From positions 45,768,464-45,832,463 of the forward strand of contig NC_043011.1 of the NCBI RefSeq assembly GCF_006345805.1: a stretch of 64,000 nucleotides of DNA, written 5' to 3'. The translations under genes and the position numbers were made by a program. Of this stretch, positions 12,541 to 26,189 are shown piece by piece; the first letter of the stretch is position 1; every line of letters starts with the position of its first letter. The notes below the pieces were generated by a model. It saw nothing but the letters and a program-made list of their open reading frames with translations. It searched no databases and was not told the DNA's origin. This stretch comes from Octopus sinensis. Lineage: Eukaryota.

Positions 12541-13704
12541 AGAGGCTATTCAGCAGCAAAGTTATCTAAATACTGGCTGTATGTTGTATTAGATGGCTTA
12601 CTCTCATATTAGTATCGTATATTCAAAAGTCCCTAAGGTATTCCTACCTTATTTCTTCCCTCCTTTTTTGTGACGAAGCATGACAGATTGAATGCAAGAA
12701 CTGCCAGAAAAAGATGAGTATTAATATCACACAAATGTTTGGCTTACCAAATTAGTATTATAATTGTGCTTTACTCTGTGGAACCAACAAATTACATATG
12801 ATTCTTTTGTTTGTGAAACCATCATTTTATTGAATTTGATGCTGTCTTTGGTAATTTGCTGAGAACGACTTGTCAGCCGGAGATTAAATTATATTAGATT
12901 GTCCTCTGATTAAATTGAACATTCGACAATATTCTGGTTGATGAAATTGGTCTAAAACCGAGGCTTTATGGGTACAGTAATTAAATTGTTACTTTCAAAC
13001 TTTAATTATTAATCTAGAGGAGGAGGAGGAGAAGGATGAGAAGGAGCAAGATGCAAGAAAGCTGTAAAGATTATTTCAAAAGACTGAGAAGTTAGGCAGA
13101 GAAACTTAGTTTGGCACTTTTTATTGGTTTTTGTTTTATTCTATTCTTGAATACCGTAGAATGTTTAAGTAAAACTAACTTTTTTGACTTCGTGTGTATG
13201 TTAGAGTAGATTGAATGATTCCAAGAATATAGGTTTTCGAATATAGCTTTCTCTGAGTGTTGTGTCACTGGAGAGATTCCTATTATCTTCTCCAGGTGAG
13301 CATGAAACCCAAATTTCGTGAGGAAAGGAGAAAATACAAGTTGTGAGAGGTTCATGCTTTCCCAGAGATATTTGTAACATGAAATGAAATATTTAGAATC
13401 ATGAATAAAATGGGTTTAAACCTTGTTCTGAAATCTACTTCTGAAGCATTGTACATTGATAGTTTTTTGCATACATCACTCTGCAAAACAATAACTCATC
13501 TTATATATATATATATATATATAATATATATATATATATAATGCTATGGAAAGCAACTTGAGTGGGCCAATAGTATACATACACATTAAGATGAGTTATA
13601 TATATATATATATATATTTCCCTCATTTGTTTACATATTTCATGTTATTTGCACTGTTGGTGACATCCTGTATCCATATATGCATGTATATATGTGTGTG
13701 TATA

Positions 13705-14385
13705 TATATATATATAGTGCAGGGGTGGGGAAACCCTAGCCCATAGGGGCAATTGTGCTTGCAAACCCATTTCATTTCGCCTCAGGCTGATATACTTATA
13801 TGCACAAAATATAGTAAATTTTTGATTATGAAATTTATACAATATTCGTATGCCTATTTGCAACACAGGTCACGTTTCCACTACAACTTAGAATGTTTTA
13901 ACTCGAACAGAAAATCATCCGGTAATTGCCATTTGAATGGAAATTTTGTTTGCGCTATAAATCATATATTACTAGGTTTGTACTATCCCCTTGAGACCCA
14001 GCTACACTCTAGCTGAAAAATATTGAATACCTCATAAATAATATAAATATATTAAATTCAGTGGTGGTATTAATGAATATGTTATGCATTAATTTAATGT
14101 GCTAAACTTATCTTTATTTATGTATATTGAATTATACATAGATATAAACAAGACCTACACAGATATACTCTTTTACTTGTTTCAGTCATTTGAATGCGGC
14201 CATGCTGGAGCACCGCCTTTAGCTGAGCAAATTGACCCCAGGACTTATTCTTTGTCAGCCTAGTACTTATTCTATCAGTCTCTTTTGCCGAACCACTAAG
14301 TTACAGGCACGTAAACACACCAGCATCGGTTGTCAAGCGATGTTGGGGGAGACAAACACAGACACACAAAGATATACACACACAC

Positions 14386-14421
<36 letters not shown>

Positions 14422-15079
14422 GTGCAGGGGTGGGGAAACCCTAGCCCATAGGGGCAATTGTGCTTGCAAACCCATTTCATTTCGCCTCAGGCTGATATAC
14501 TTATATGCACAAAATATAGTAAATTTTTGATTATGAAATTTATACAATATTCGTATGCCTATTTGCAACACAGGTCACGTTTCCACTACAACTTAGAATG
14601 TTTTAACTCGAACAGAAAATCATCCGGTAATTGCCATTTGAATGGAAATTTTGTTTGCGCTATAAATCATATATTACTAGGTTTGTACTATCCCCTTGAG
14701 ACCCAGCTACACTCTAGCTGAAAAATATTGAATACCTCATAAATAATATAAATATATTAAATTCAGTGGTGGTATTAATGAATATGTTATGCATTAATTT
14801 AATGTGCTAAACTTATCTTTATTTATGTATATTGAATTATACATAGATATAACAAGACCTACACAGATATACTCTTTTACTTGTTTCAGTCATTTGAATG
14901 CGGCCATGCTGGAGCACCGCCTTTAGCTGAGCAAATTGACCCCAGGACTTATTCTTTGTCAGCCTAGTACTTATTCTATCAGTCTCTTTTGCCGAACCAC
15001 TAAGTTACAGGCACGTAAACACACCAGCATCGGTTGTCAAGCGATGTTGGGGGAGACAAACACAGACACACAAAGATAT

Positions 15080-15125
<46 letters not shown>
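13705..15125. repeat. Near-identical 705-bp tandem duplication
   Basis: Identical ORFs at 13753 and 14458 (offset 705); breakpoints lie in (TA)n tracts. Confidence 0.95.
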
Positions 15126-15126
<1 letters not shown>

Positions 15127-15300
15127 CATACATATATACAACGGGCGTCTTTCAATTTCCATCTACCAAATCCACTCACAAGGCTTTGGTTAGCTCGAGG
15201 CTAGTAGAAGACACTTGCCCAAGTTGCCATGCACTGGGGCTAAACCCAGAACCATGTGGTTGGTAAGCAAGCTACTTACCACACAGCCACTCCTGTGCCT
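14873..15300 (-). mobile_element. Family A SINE, full length; its 3' half is duplicated at 14168-14420
   Basis: Family match. Confidence 0.9.
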
Positions 15301-16104
15301 ATGTAAGAGTTAGAATTTGTGCTCCATCTGTGGATCATTTTCTTTTGAAATTTTTACCTGCTACGCCACCCCTGCTTTAGTGGCTGACAATATGTGCATC
15401 TCTGATCATGAGCAGGAGTGGTGGGGGAACATCAGAGCCATGTGTTGAGAGGGATTCTTTGGGGTTTGAATAAATTAAACGAAAGCAAAATTTGAAGTAT
15501 TTTTCATATGTTCAAGGGGTAAGCAAATAGAAAATAACAGCTGCTACTTAAGGACAAAAACCATGTTACAGAGTGTAATAATTGAAAGGTGGTGAGCTGG
15601 TAGAATCATTAGTGTGCTGGTCAAAATGCTTAGCAGCGCTTCTTCTGGTTCTTTAGTTCCTGAGTTCAAATTCTGCCAAGGTCTACTTTACCTTTAATCC
15701 TTTTGAGGTTGATAAAATAAGAACTGCTTGAGCTTTGGAGTTGAAGTAGTTGAGAGGGATCTTTGGGGTTTGAATAAATGTAGCTAAAACAGAGTTTGAA
15801 GGAAATATTAACCATTTTTCATATGTTCTAGGAGTAAGCAAAAAGAAAATAACAGTTGCTACCCATGGATGAAAATCATGTTACACAGTACAATTGTTTT
15901 CTCATGCTAGCATGGCTTACATGGAGGCTATAAATGAGGAAGGATTTTTATGATCAGATGTTCTTACAGTCTGTAATCCTCACCTGTTTTCAAGTAAGGG
16001 ATTTTCTCTTATTCCAGGGCACTTAAAAAATACAGAGCTATCAGATGGCTTGTTGAACAGGAAATGTAAAAAAAAAAAAAGTCACCATTTGTAGCTATCA
16101 TTCA

Positions 16105-16330
16105 GCATGGTTTATACGAGATCTGAGGAAAAAGTATTGAGACTGGTGCTTAAAAAGAAAACTACAGGGCATATCAATTTGGCATTTAATATCCTTCAGA
16201 ATAGGCCTCTTCTGAAGCCACAGACTTTACCCAGCCTTGTTTCTATTGATGGAACTGTTCCTTGGGATAGTGAACAGCTGCCTCATAGCATTTTCCTGAA
16301 TGTCCTTGATGTCTTGAAATCTTGCGGTCT
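16105..16330 (+). mobile_element. Tc1/mariner-type MITE left end
   Basis: TA-cgagatctgaggaaaaagtattgagact resembles mariner TIRs; no right end found. Confidence 0.45.
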
Positions 16331-17261
16331 TCCACTGCAAAGACTAAGCCTTGGTTTCGGGGTCATTAACATAGAGATGCTGCAGGGAACTTTAGAAAGA
16401 ATAAGTCCTGGGGTCGATTTGCTCAACTAAAGGCGGTGCTCCAGCATGGCTGCAGTCAAATGACTTAAACCAGTAAAAGAGAGTACACAAACTTCAAAAG
16501 TTTTCACCAAATATGATCAACTCCATACAAAAATATTTGCTGTTATTCGTTTTTACAAAAAATGCAGCTGAAACCAGAGAAAAATGATAAATGAGAAATT
16601 TTTATATGAATAAAAAAATTCAAAAATATGCTGTGATGCCAACTATAATTAGATTTGTCAGTGACATTACTGATTTCAGGAATGAACAGGTAGAAAATTT
16701 CCCACAATGCAACATAACCTAGTTCAGGTAGTTGTGATACTATTAATAAATTATTCCACAGCTCAACCTACAAATTGATATTTACTACTTTTGAAATAAA
16801 TCTGACATGTTCTGCATCTTTTAATCAATCTAACACGTACTGGAGCAATAAAACCAAAAGCCTATTGCTTAAGAATTCATACTTCTAAATTGTTATAAGT
16901 TCTCACTTTCACATCAATTAGCTTGAAATTTCTCATTTATGACCCACAAAGGTTTAAAATGAAGCTCAACAGTTCTTTACCTTGCTGCCAATTAATATGG
17001 CAAAACAGCATACAATGACTCCTTCTTTGAAGTAGCAAGGTTATGAAAAAATACTGGAAACGATATTGAGAGCAGCAGACACGACTTGTAGGAGAAGATT
17101 GGGTGGCTTCGTTAATTAAAGTACTTCAAATGTCTCCTTCTAAAAGCTAATAAATCATTGTCACTTATTTTCCCAAACCCATTGATTCATTGAGATGTTG
17201 CAGGGAACTTTTGTGTGACAATTTAACCCTTTAGCCATATCCAGCCAAAATATTCTACATA

Positions 17262-17426
17262 GGTGCAGGAGTGGCTGTGTGGTAAGTAGCTTGCTTACCA
17301 ACCACATGGTTCCGGGTTCAGTCCCACTGCGTGACACCTTGGGCAAGTGTCTTCTACTATAGCCTCAGGCCGACCAAAGCCCTGTGAGTGGATTTGGTAG
17401 ACAGAAACTGAAAGAAACCCGTCGTA

Positions 17427-17492
<66 letters not shown>

Positions 17493-17655
17493 TGTGTTTG
17501 TCCCCCCTACATCGCTTGACAACCAATGCTGGTGTGTTTATGTCCCCATAACTTAGCGGTTCGGCATAAGAGAATAAGTCCTGGGGTCGATTTGCTCGAC
17601 TAAAGGCGGTACTCCAGCATGGCTACAGTCAAATGACTGAAACAAGTAAAAGAGT
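17262..17655 (+). mobile_element. Family A SINE, full length
   Basis: A and B boxes, (TA)n(TG)n centre, tail. Confidence 0.9.
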
Positions 17656-17704
17656 ACATTTTTTTATATTCAAACCAGCCAAATCCAGTTTCTTACATCT
17701 TACC

Positions 17705-17880
17705 CCTACAATCATCATCATCATCATTTAACGTCCGTTTTCTATGCTAGCATGGGTTAGATGGTTTGAAAGAAGCTGGAAAGCTTCACTAGGCTGCACT
17801 TGTCTGATTTGGCATGGTTTCTATGGCTGAATGCCTAACACCAACCAATTTACAAAGTGTACTGGGTGCCTTTTATGTGG
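17705..17880 (-). mobile_element. Family C retroposon, diverged
   Basis: catcatcatttaacgtccg... start. Confidence 0.7.
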
Positions 17881-19749
17881 CACCAATTCAGGTGCTTATG
17901 TGGAATTGGCATGTAAAAATATCATTCTGAAAATTATAAAGCCACATTACCAAAATTTCACAGCTATGAAATGATATATAATCAATTTAAAACAATGTGA
18001 ATAAATAAGCATTACATTTGACAGAGTAATTTGTGTGGAGACACTTAATGAGGGTTAATTTGAGTAGACAAAGTATGTGAGAATAATTAATTTGGTGTAA
18101 TGGTTTACAAAGCCATCTGGACTACAAGAGCTGTATTATTGTTGAGTTCCCATCAGTGGTTCTGTGGACATTTTTCTGTCTCGGATGCATGATTGTAAAG
18201 TGTCTAATTCAATTTATAATTCATCTTATGTTAATTAACAGTTCAACAAGGCTTGATTTGATTGGTTCAGAATTGCATTGTTTATTGTCTTCTAATTGGT
18301 TGATTTTTGTTTAGCCTCATCTTGTATCAGCATTCAAAGTTTTGATTCAGGCATCTTATCAAATTAACTTTGTGCTCTCGCTTTGTATTGAGTTGTAATC
18401 ACAGCCAGTACTGTGGATCCAGGGGAAACGGTGAACAAAACCGATTTTTAATATTTGTCCTCTTTCTCTAAAAAAGAGAAATCGATTATTAATTTGATAG
18501 CATAGTTGAAAATTGTACCACAAATTATAGTGCCAACTTTTAGAAAGAAGATAGATCTTGAGCAACCTAGATGAGATTTAAATGTACAATTTCAATTTCC
18601 TGATCTATTGTAAATTTTTCATCCTGGTAAAATAATAAAAGCTGTATACACATGGAACAGTTGATTGATTGACAATCGAACAATTCTTCTTAACAGGTTT
18701 AAATTTGAGAAATATTTTCATTAAGCAGCAGCCCCAGAAAGAAAGCATGCCTAATCCTTAAGGGCAAACTTAATGCCTTAATCTCTGTGTACAGTTGAGA
18801 TTACTATTTATTCATCAGTTTACATTCACCCAGGAGGTAAACCTGAACTACAGAATGTTAGAATTATTGTATTGAGTGTGTTTTTATTGACTCAACAAAA
18901 GCAACGCTGCTGTTATATTGCTGGCTATTTGCAGTTTTGCTAAAACCTCTTAGTAAAACTTTTCTAGTCGTAATCTTTAATTGATTTCTTTATTCTGATA
19001 TTTTGATTAAACATTTTATTTCTAATAATCAATTCTTGTTCTATGGATGAAAATTTTTTTTAGAAAACTCTCAAAGGAATAAGGATTGAAAGTTCAATTT
19101 TCAGTGTTGGTTATTTTTTCTCCTTTTTGTTGACTAAATGTATCTTTTAGTTCATCCGAAGTGAAGTGGTGGCACTGATTGTAGTATTTTCAAACTTCAG
19201 ATTGATAGGTGAGCACATTTGATATGGTGTATTTTCTTGGATGCCAACACTTGGGAAATGGAAGGAGGACAGTATCTTAAACCTGGAGATTAGGGTTAAG
19301 TGCTTGCAACAGGGAAAACTTTGCTAAAGGCACTGAAGGTGCTAGAAAGTGGTGTTAAAAGTGAGTGAGGAATAAAGTCTACTGCTCATATAATTATCAT
19401 CTTTTATCTTTTACTTGTTTCAGTCATTAGACTGTGGCCATGCTGGGGCACAACCTTGAAGATTAGTTGGATGAATCAACCTTAGTTCTTTTTAAGCTTG
19501 GTACTTATTGTGTCAAACTCTTTTGCTGAACCACTAAGTTACAGGGATGTAAGCACATCATCAGTAGTTATCAAGCAATAGTGGAGGGCAAACATGGATA
19601 CAGACACACACACATATCCTGGTTAAGCTTAGTTGTTGATAGGAAGATATTTTCGAGAATATAGATTGGGAGAAGTGTTTATTGTTGCTTAGTGTAAAAG
19701 AAGCAGAGCAAGATATACATTGAGTGGGTTTGTTGGAAGTTGGTATATA

Positions 19750-19983
19750 TATTTCTTTATTGCCCACAAGGGGCTAAACATAGGGGGGACGAACAAGGAT
19801 TGGCAAAGGGATTAAGTCGATTACGTCGACCCCAGTGTGAAACTGGTACTTTATTTATCGACCCCGAAAGGATGAAAGGCAAAGTCGACCTTGGTGGAAT
19901 TTGAACTCTGAACGTAATGACAGACGAAATACCGCTAAGCATTTCGCCCGGTGCGCTAACGTGTCTGCCAGCTCGCTGCCTTA
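19750..19983 (-). mobile_element. Family B SINE monomer with 19-bp TSD
   Basis: tttgttggaagttggtata at 19729-19747 and 19984-20002. Confidence 0.9.
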
Positions 19984-22900
19984 TTTGTTGGAAGTTGGTA
20001 TACAATGAACATGTTTGGCAGCAGGTTGAGAAAATGGTTGGAGAGAATTTTAGTAAACATTTAGAAATTCAATAGCTTTTACTTCAATGTAATCTAGAAT
20101 GTATTTGTGTGTAATGGGTAGACCATGTTAGATCTGTAAATATTCAGCTAATAAAGGGCTTTGTAAATAGTCACCAGTGATTTAAAATTGAAGGGGCTAC
20201 TATTGACTCATAAAGAGGAAATTAAGCTTGTATGAATTGGATATATGAAATATAGGGTTTTACTGAGAATTTGTCAGATTAATGAGCCTAGAAATTTATT
20301 AAGTGTATATTGGGTTGGTCAGGAGTCCTTGGATGTAGTATAAATAAGATTTTACACTGTTTTAGTAAAGGTTTTGGTCAGCTTGAGGTGCCACACAGTG
20401 GGACTGAACCCAGAACCATGTGGTTGGGAAGTAAGCTTCTTACCACACAGCCACTCCTTTGCCTATATGACTACATTATCCAATGTATCCAACCATTTTT
20501 TTAAAAGGACAGTTGTGTATGATCTAAGAGAAATTCTGTTGCTATTTCTAGCTAATTTAACGATCCCTTAGGGACTCCCTTATGTTTTCCTACTACTAAA
20601 TTACATTTGAGTGCAGTGATAATTGATATTCATTTCTGAAATCAGATGCATTAACTTACTGTGTGAATAGTTAACTCGTGTATAATTTATACAATTATGA
20701 AGAACGATATCATGAAGAAGAACATTCGGTGCCAAAATTATCAGTCTAAATGAAACACTGTACTGAAACTGCATCAGTTAAGAAGTTGCAGAGATATTCT
20801 TCATATCTCCATACATGTTATGAAATAATATACACACTTGGCTTGTTAATTTAAAGTAAATAATCATGGTACCGAAGAACCACCTGTCAGTGTTACAAAA
20901 ATCAGAAATACTGTTATTATGTTTCGAGTAACATACAGAAATCATATACTTCAAAATTGACGCATGCTCTGCTGATTGTTGATAGACACATTCTTATATT
21001 TTAGCAATTCAGTGTTGAGATCTCCAAATTAGTTCCTTCTACTGTCAAAAACTGTGAATCTTTTTTTAAATTCACATAAATGTATGTCGGCTTATCAAAA
21101 CATTCTAGTGTTCTGAGAAATAGTTTGTGCTAAATTTCAAGTTAATGAAGGCAGAATGAGCTCAGAAGCTGTCAAATATCTATTTTCATCTGATCGGCTT
21201 TGACATAATTGCTCCTGTGATATACCAATTAGGTTGATATTTAGAATAATAGAGATGTCTGTTCAAACTCTTCATGGTTATTTCCAGAAAGTGCTATACA
21301 GTTTATGGACTATTAAATGTTGTCTGTATAAACTAAAACTTTTTCATGTGAATCAGACATATCTATATGTATTAAATAATCTCATTCTGGACATGATGTT
21401 AACCCATCATAAGTCAACTTTTGCTATATCCTATTATCTGAATTATAAGTGGACCGAGTCCCCTTAGAATAAAATATTACATACTAGTGGTATCCGTGAA
21501 TATTTCACAGAATTAACAGTACACCTATTGGGCTATTTCTGAAAACTCTATCCAAAAAACCTGAAAGTGTAGCATGTGTTGTGTCCATATCAAGAGATAG
21601 TCATTCATCTCTTACTCATTGAAAAGTGAAAGAAATTGGAATCCGATGATTACTAAATGGATTTTTATATACTTTATATACTTTGTGCACAATTTTATAG
21701 ACTTAATACACAGCACTCACTCTGCCTTACCCTCCTTTTCTCTGTCCTTTTTCTTTCTCCCCCTTTTTTCTCTTGCTCTTTGCCTTTCTCTTCAACTAAT
21801 CGCATGAAAGCATTTCAGATGGACTAAGTAATGGAGGGAAAAAAACTTAGTTAAAAAAAGAAAATTATTCACTTCAATCACCACCACCACTACTTACAAG
21901 AGAAAAGGTTGTGCTCTTGTTATTTTGGAAGTACTTCCTTAACTAGTATAGGAAAGATCAAAAGGAACCGCAAATCATGGGTTGGTGAAGCAGTGGGAAA
22001 TTAAACTTTTAATATTAAGATTTTCCTGACAAATGTAATGTTTATTTATTCACATTGTTTAGTATTAGTCATACTTTGCCTCAAAATTTACAAGATTTCA
22101 ATGATGTGATTAATTATTTTTAGAATTACAATGTAAGGAAGGTGTTAAAGACCAAATATGGTCAGTTTGAACAGTAAAACAGGTAGAATATTTTGGCTGG
22201 ATATGGGTGGTTTGAATTCTAAAAAGCTAAGTTATCCCCAGACAAAAACTTTCCCAAATGCTTGAAATAAATGGAACTCTGTTAAAGCACCTTCCACTCC
22301 CAAACCCAGGTGGTGATGCTAAACTAGGTGACATATTAAATCTACAACTCAAGAACAGGTACAGTCCATCTGGCAGGCTTTCACACAGTTTCCATCTGTA
22401 TAATTTCACCCACAGCTATAGGTTGATTTGAAGCTGTGGTAGTAGATGCTACACTACAAGACCAGACTCTGAACAAAACCATATGATTGCCAAATGAACT
22501 ATATTTCATAATATGAAATAGTTTCTGAACTAGAATTGAAGATAATGAGAGAAGTTCTGCAACTCTATAGTAAAGCTATTTCTGATAACAAATTGACAAT
22601 CTAATCAGTCATATTGTAACTGAATTGTTGCTATTATATTTAAAAGAGATTAATATTAACTCATAGATTGGTTATTTCAGGAAGTTCCTCGTATTGGAAT
22701 ATATATATATATATTGAATGTTATTGAACTGTCTGTACGAGGAGTTGTAAATTTTGGAATTAACCTAGCTAAGCATTGTCTTAATTTAATTTACAATACA
22801 GAAGACTTTGTACAAGTTGGTGTTTATGTAGTTGTGTTACTTTTTTCATGTACTTCATGTACTTCATGTACTTCTCTCCACCCTCATATTAATTATGGGT

Positions 22901-23197
22901 TCCTTTGCCAAATGAAATGAAACTAGTGTGTGGCTTCAGAGAACTTATTGCTGTGTATTCCTAGAGGTTATCATTTTAATGACTATCAGGTATGTGTTAC
23001 CGTATGTCATCACCTATTTTGTCCTCATTCATCGAGCTGAATGACACCAAAAACTTAGGAGGATTCACTTTAATTTCACAGAAATTACTTGTTTAACATA
23101 AGTTCTGAAGTTCAACTAGAAATTTTATATTTTCCTCAGTGTGTCTCTATGTTTGGACTATGTCTATATTTGTGTGCTTGGGTATTTTGGGGCTGTG

Positions 23198-23237
<40 letters not shown>

Positions 23238-23889
23238 TATATGTCTGGGCTGTCTTTGGGCTGATTGTGTTTGGGCTATGTGTGTATGTGTCTTTGGGCT
23301 ACATATATATATTTGGGTTGTATATATATATGTGTGTATAAGCAGTATTTATGTGTATGTGAAATGTCTATGGCCTGTATTTATGTGTGTGTGTGATAGT
23401 TTACCAAATAAGGAAAAGATCTTGTAAAAAAATAAATATTGACCCCCCACCACCTCCTGCTTTATATCTAAATTCATTTTGTTTGTAGTTACTATTGATG
23501 GTATTTTTATCAGTGGTTGTGGTGATGATGTTGATGGTTGTGTTATTGGTAGTAATAGTATAGCAAAAGAGAAAGTCTAGTAAATGTTATTGCTCATCTG
23601 ATTGAGTTGTGGATGCAATTAAAACATTGATCTTTCAGAAATAAAATAAAAGAAAAACTAAACACTCAGGAAATGATTACAAGAATATTTTTTTTTTGTT
23701 TTAAAAAGAGCACTTTAAAAAAAAAACAAAATCAAATACCATTGATTTTTTTTTGTTGCTAGTTTTTAACTTTTAAAATATCTTTCTAATTAACATTTTC
23801 TATTTGATCAAATATTTCAAATAACAAACCCAATAATAAGAAATTGACTTTTTATATAAGCAGCCCTAAATGGAAATTGATGAGCCAGT

Positions 23890-25670
23890 ATGATTGATTG
23901 ATTGATTGATTCTAGTTTCAGCTTATGAGCTGTGGCCATGCTGGGGCACCGCCATTTGGTGTTGCTACTTGGTTTCACTTCATGGAGGCTTTCTAGCAAC
24001 TGCTATTTGGTGCATGAGAGAGTTCGATGCAGCTGCCCTCATCTGCCCCTCCTGCCGTGAAGTTGGTTCATCTGGGACACCTGACAGGAAGAGATCCAGC
24101 TTCATTTTAAAGACATCTGTATCCACCCCATGCAGGTCTCTCAGGTTCTTCGGGAGGATATTGAAGAGCTGTGGGCCTCGGAAGCCCAGGCTATCACAGA
24201 ATCTTGTCCTACATCTTGATGGCAGGTTTGGAGTCCTAGGCACCACGCAGTGGTGCCCAGTTCTGGCATTTGCGTAACTCTCGATGCCAAAGTTCAGGAC
24301 ACTTCCCTCCAGGATCTTCCAGATGTATATTATGGCATATCTTTCCCGCCTACGCTCCAGGGAATATAATTTTAATCTCTTGAGTCTTTCCCAGTAGCTT
24401 ACATTCTGCATAGAGGCTATCTTCTTTGTGTAGCGTCGTTGGATCGCCTCAAGTTCTGTGATCAACTTGACACTGGATGGTGACCATAGCTGAGAGCAAT
24501 AGTCAAAGTGGCTTAGGACAAGTGTCTTCCAGAGGACCATCATGGTTTCTTGTTCTCTTGTTCTAAAGGTTCTAAGAATCCATCCAGCCAGCCGTCTACA
24601 TTTCATTGTCAGTTTAGCAACATGTACATGAAAGGTCGCGTCATCACTCATGTGAATACCCAGGTCACGTACTGATTGTGCCTCTGGGATTGCAATCCCT
24701 CCGGGTCCAGTGTATTCATTGGGTATTGCATTCAGTTTTGCATGCTGATAGTATAAAGCTTGAAACTTTCCAGCATTGAACTGCATGCTATTTTTTTCAG
24801 CCCACTTGTATATTTCGTCCAGCTCACATTGCAGGTGTTTAGTGTCCTCAGGGTTCTGTATTGCCTGTGAAACTTTTGTATCATCTGCATAACTTGTGAT
24901 CGTGGATCTCTGCGTGGCTGAGGGCATGTCTGAGAGGGCCATTATGAACAGTAGTGGTCCCAAAACAGTGCCCTGTGGAACACCGCTCACTATTTGCGTG
25001 CTAATGGAAGTGGCCCCATTGGCTACTACCACCTGACTTCTATTCTTCAGAAAGTTGTGAAGCCATTCTCCTAGTTTTCCAACTATGCCAAGATCACGCA
25101 GTTTGTGACATATCATTCCATGATCGACTTTATCGAAGGCCTTTGCGAAGTCGAGATATATGACTTCCACATTTGAGTGGTTGAGCAGTTGTTTCAGCAC
25201 CCAGTCATAGTGCTGCAGGAGCTGAGTTAAGCAGCTTCTTCCTGGTCGGAAACCATGTTGGGTGTCAGGCAGCAAGTCATTTTCTTCAAGGAAGGTGATT
25301 AGTTTCCTTCTGACTATTCGTTCCATGACCTTGCTGATGTGTGAGGTCAGAGAGATAGGTCTGTAGTTCTTGGCCTCCGCTCTGCTACCTCCTTTATGAA
25401 TAGGGCATATTTTACCTTCCTTCAGTCCCCTTGGAAGTTTGCCAGCTGCAAGGAAGCTCTGAAAGAGGAACTGCAGTGGTCTTGCTAAGACTCTCTTACA
25501 TACTTTTAGGAGGATTGCCGGGAATCCATCGGGGCCAATAGCTGAGTCTATTTTCATTTCATCTATAGCCTTTATTACATCGTCTTCCTTTATATCGATG
25601 TAATTTATCGTCGCCGCCTCTGATTCTATATCTGCAGTGGTAAAGAAGTCAGTTGGATTGCTGATTTGGA
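23890..25670 (-). mobile_element. 5'-truncated CR1/L2-group LINE with short 3'UTR and (AATC)n tail
   Basis: RT ORF, a 3'UTR of about 90 nt, and (attg)n on the plus strand at 23890-23910. Confidence 0.9.
23980..25557 (-). CDS. LINE ORF2 reverse transcriptase domain and C-terminus (525 aa from first Met; frame stays open upstream to about 25668)
   Basis: GPDG, NYRPISLTS, QHGFRPGRSC, YLDFAKAFDKVDH, GVPQGTVLGPLLF, YADD, RDLG motifs; no internal stops. Confidence 0.92.
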   Translation of the reverse strand: MKIDSAIGPDGFPAILLKVCKRVLARPLQFLFQSFLAAGKLPRGLKEGKICPIHKGGSRAEAKNYRPISLTSHISKVMERIVRRKLITFLEENDLLPDTQHGFRPGRSCLTQLLQHYDWVLKQLLNHSNVEVIYLDFAKAFDKVDHGMICHKLRDLGIVGKLGEWLHNFLKNRSQVVVANGATSISTQIVSGVPQGTVLGPLLFIMALSDMPSATQRSTITSYADDTKVSQAIQNPEDTKHLQCELDEIYKWAEKNSMQFNAGKFQALYYQHAKLNAIPNEYTGPGGIAIPEAQSVRDLGIHMSDDATFHVHVAKLTMKCRRLAGWILRTFRTREQETMMVLWKTLVLSHFDYCSQLWSPSSVKLITELEAIQRRYTKKIASMQNVSYWERLKRLKLYSLERRRERYAIIYIWKILEGSVLNFGIESYANARTGHHCVVPRTPNLPSRCRTRFCDSLGFRGPQLFNILPKNLRDLHGVDTDVFKMKLDLFLSGVPDEPTSRQEGQMRAAASNSLMHQIAVARKPP

Positions 25671-25724
25671 AAAATATAAGGTTTAGCTGATAATAAAGTT
25701 ATTGATACAGTTCTTTGTAAAAGC

Positions 25725-26040
25725 ATTTAGCTTAGTGATTAGGGGATATTTGGCTCATGATTGTAAGGTTGGGATTCTTGGTGGAGCATTCTGTCCTTGA
25801 GCAAGACCCTTTATTTTACATTGCTCCTGTTCATTTGGCCGGCAAAATTGAGTTGTGCGAGTGTATTTCAAAGGGCCAGCTTCATCACATTCTGTGCCAT
25901 GCTGATTCTTCCTGAGAACTACGTTAAGAGTACATATGTCTGTGGAGTACTCAGCCACTTGCGTGTTAATTTCTCAAGCTCTCTTTTCCATAGATTGAAT
26001 CAACTGAAACCTTCATCATTATAACCGACTGGCTGCCAAT
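25725..26040 (+). mobile_element. Family F tRNA-like SINE (other copies at 43200-43410 and 58690-58950)
   Basis: Shared aagggccagc...cacattctgtg...ctgagaactac.ttaag body. Confidence 0.7.
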
Positions 26041-26189
26041 TATAGTTCCTTATTTTGTTCATTATATTTTCCTGAAACGATTTAACTAAACTTGATAATA
26101 TAGGAGAGTTTGTTTGTAGTCATGCTAATCACAGTACTGACCAGACCATCAGATGCTGCCATACACCACTGGTCACAAAACATTTCCAG

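Noticed and set aside
13718-13760. caggggtggggaaac as a hAT MITE
   Set aside because: It resembles a hAT left TIR, but no matching right end or TSD was found.
16107-16430. 107-aa ORF
   Set aside because: Spans a MITE end and a SINE tail; no recognisable protein motif.
23906-24277. 123-aa plus-strand ORF
   Set aside because: Antisense shadow of the LINE ORF2 end.
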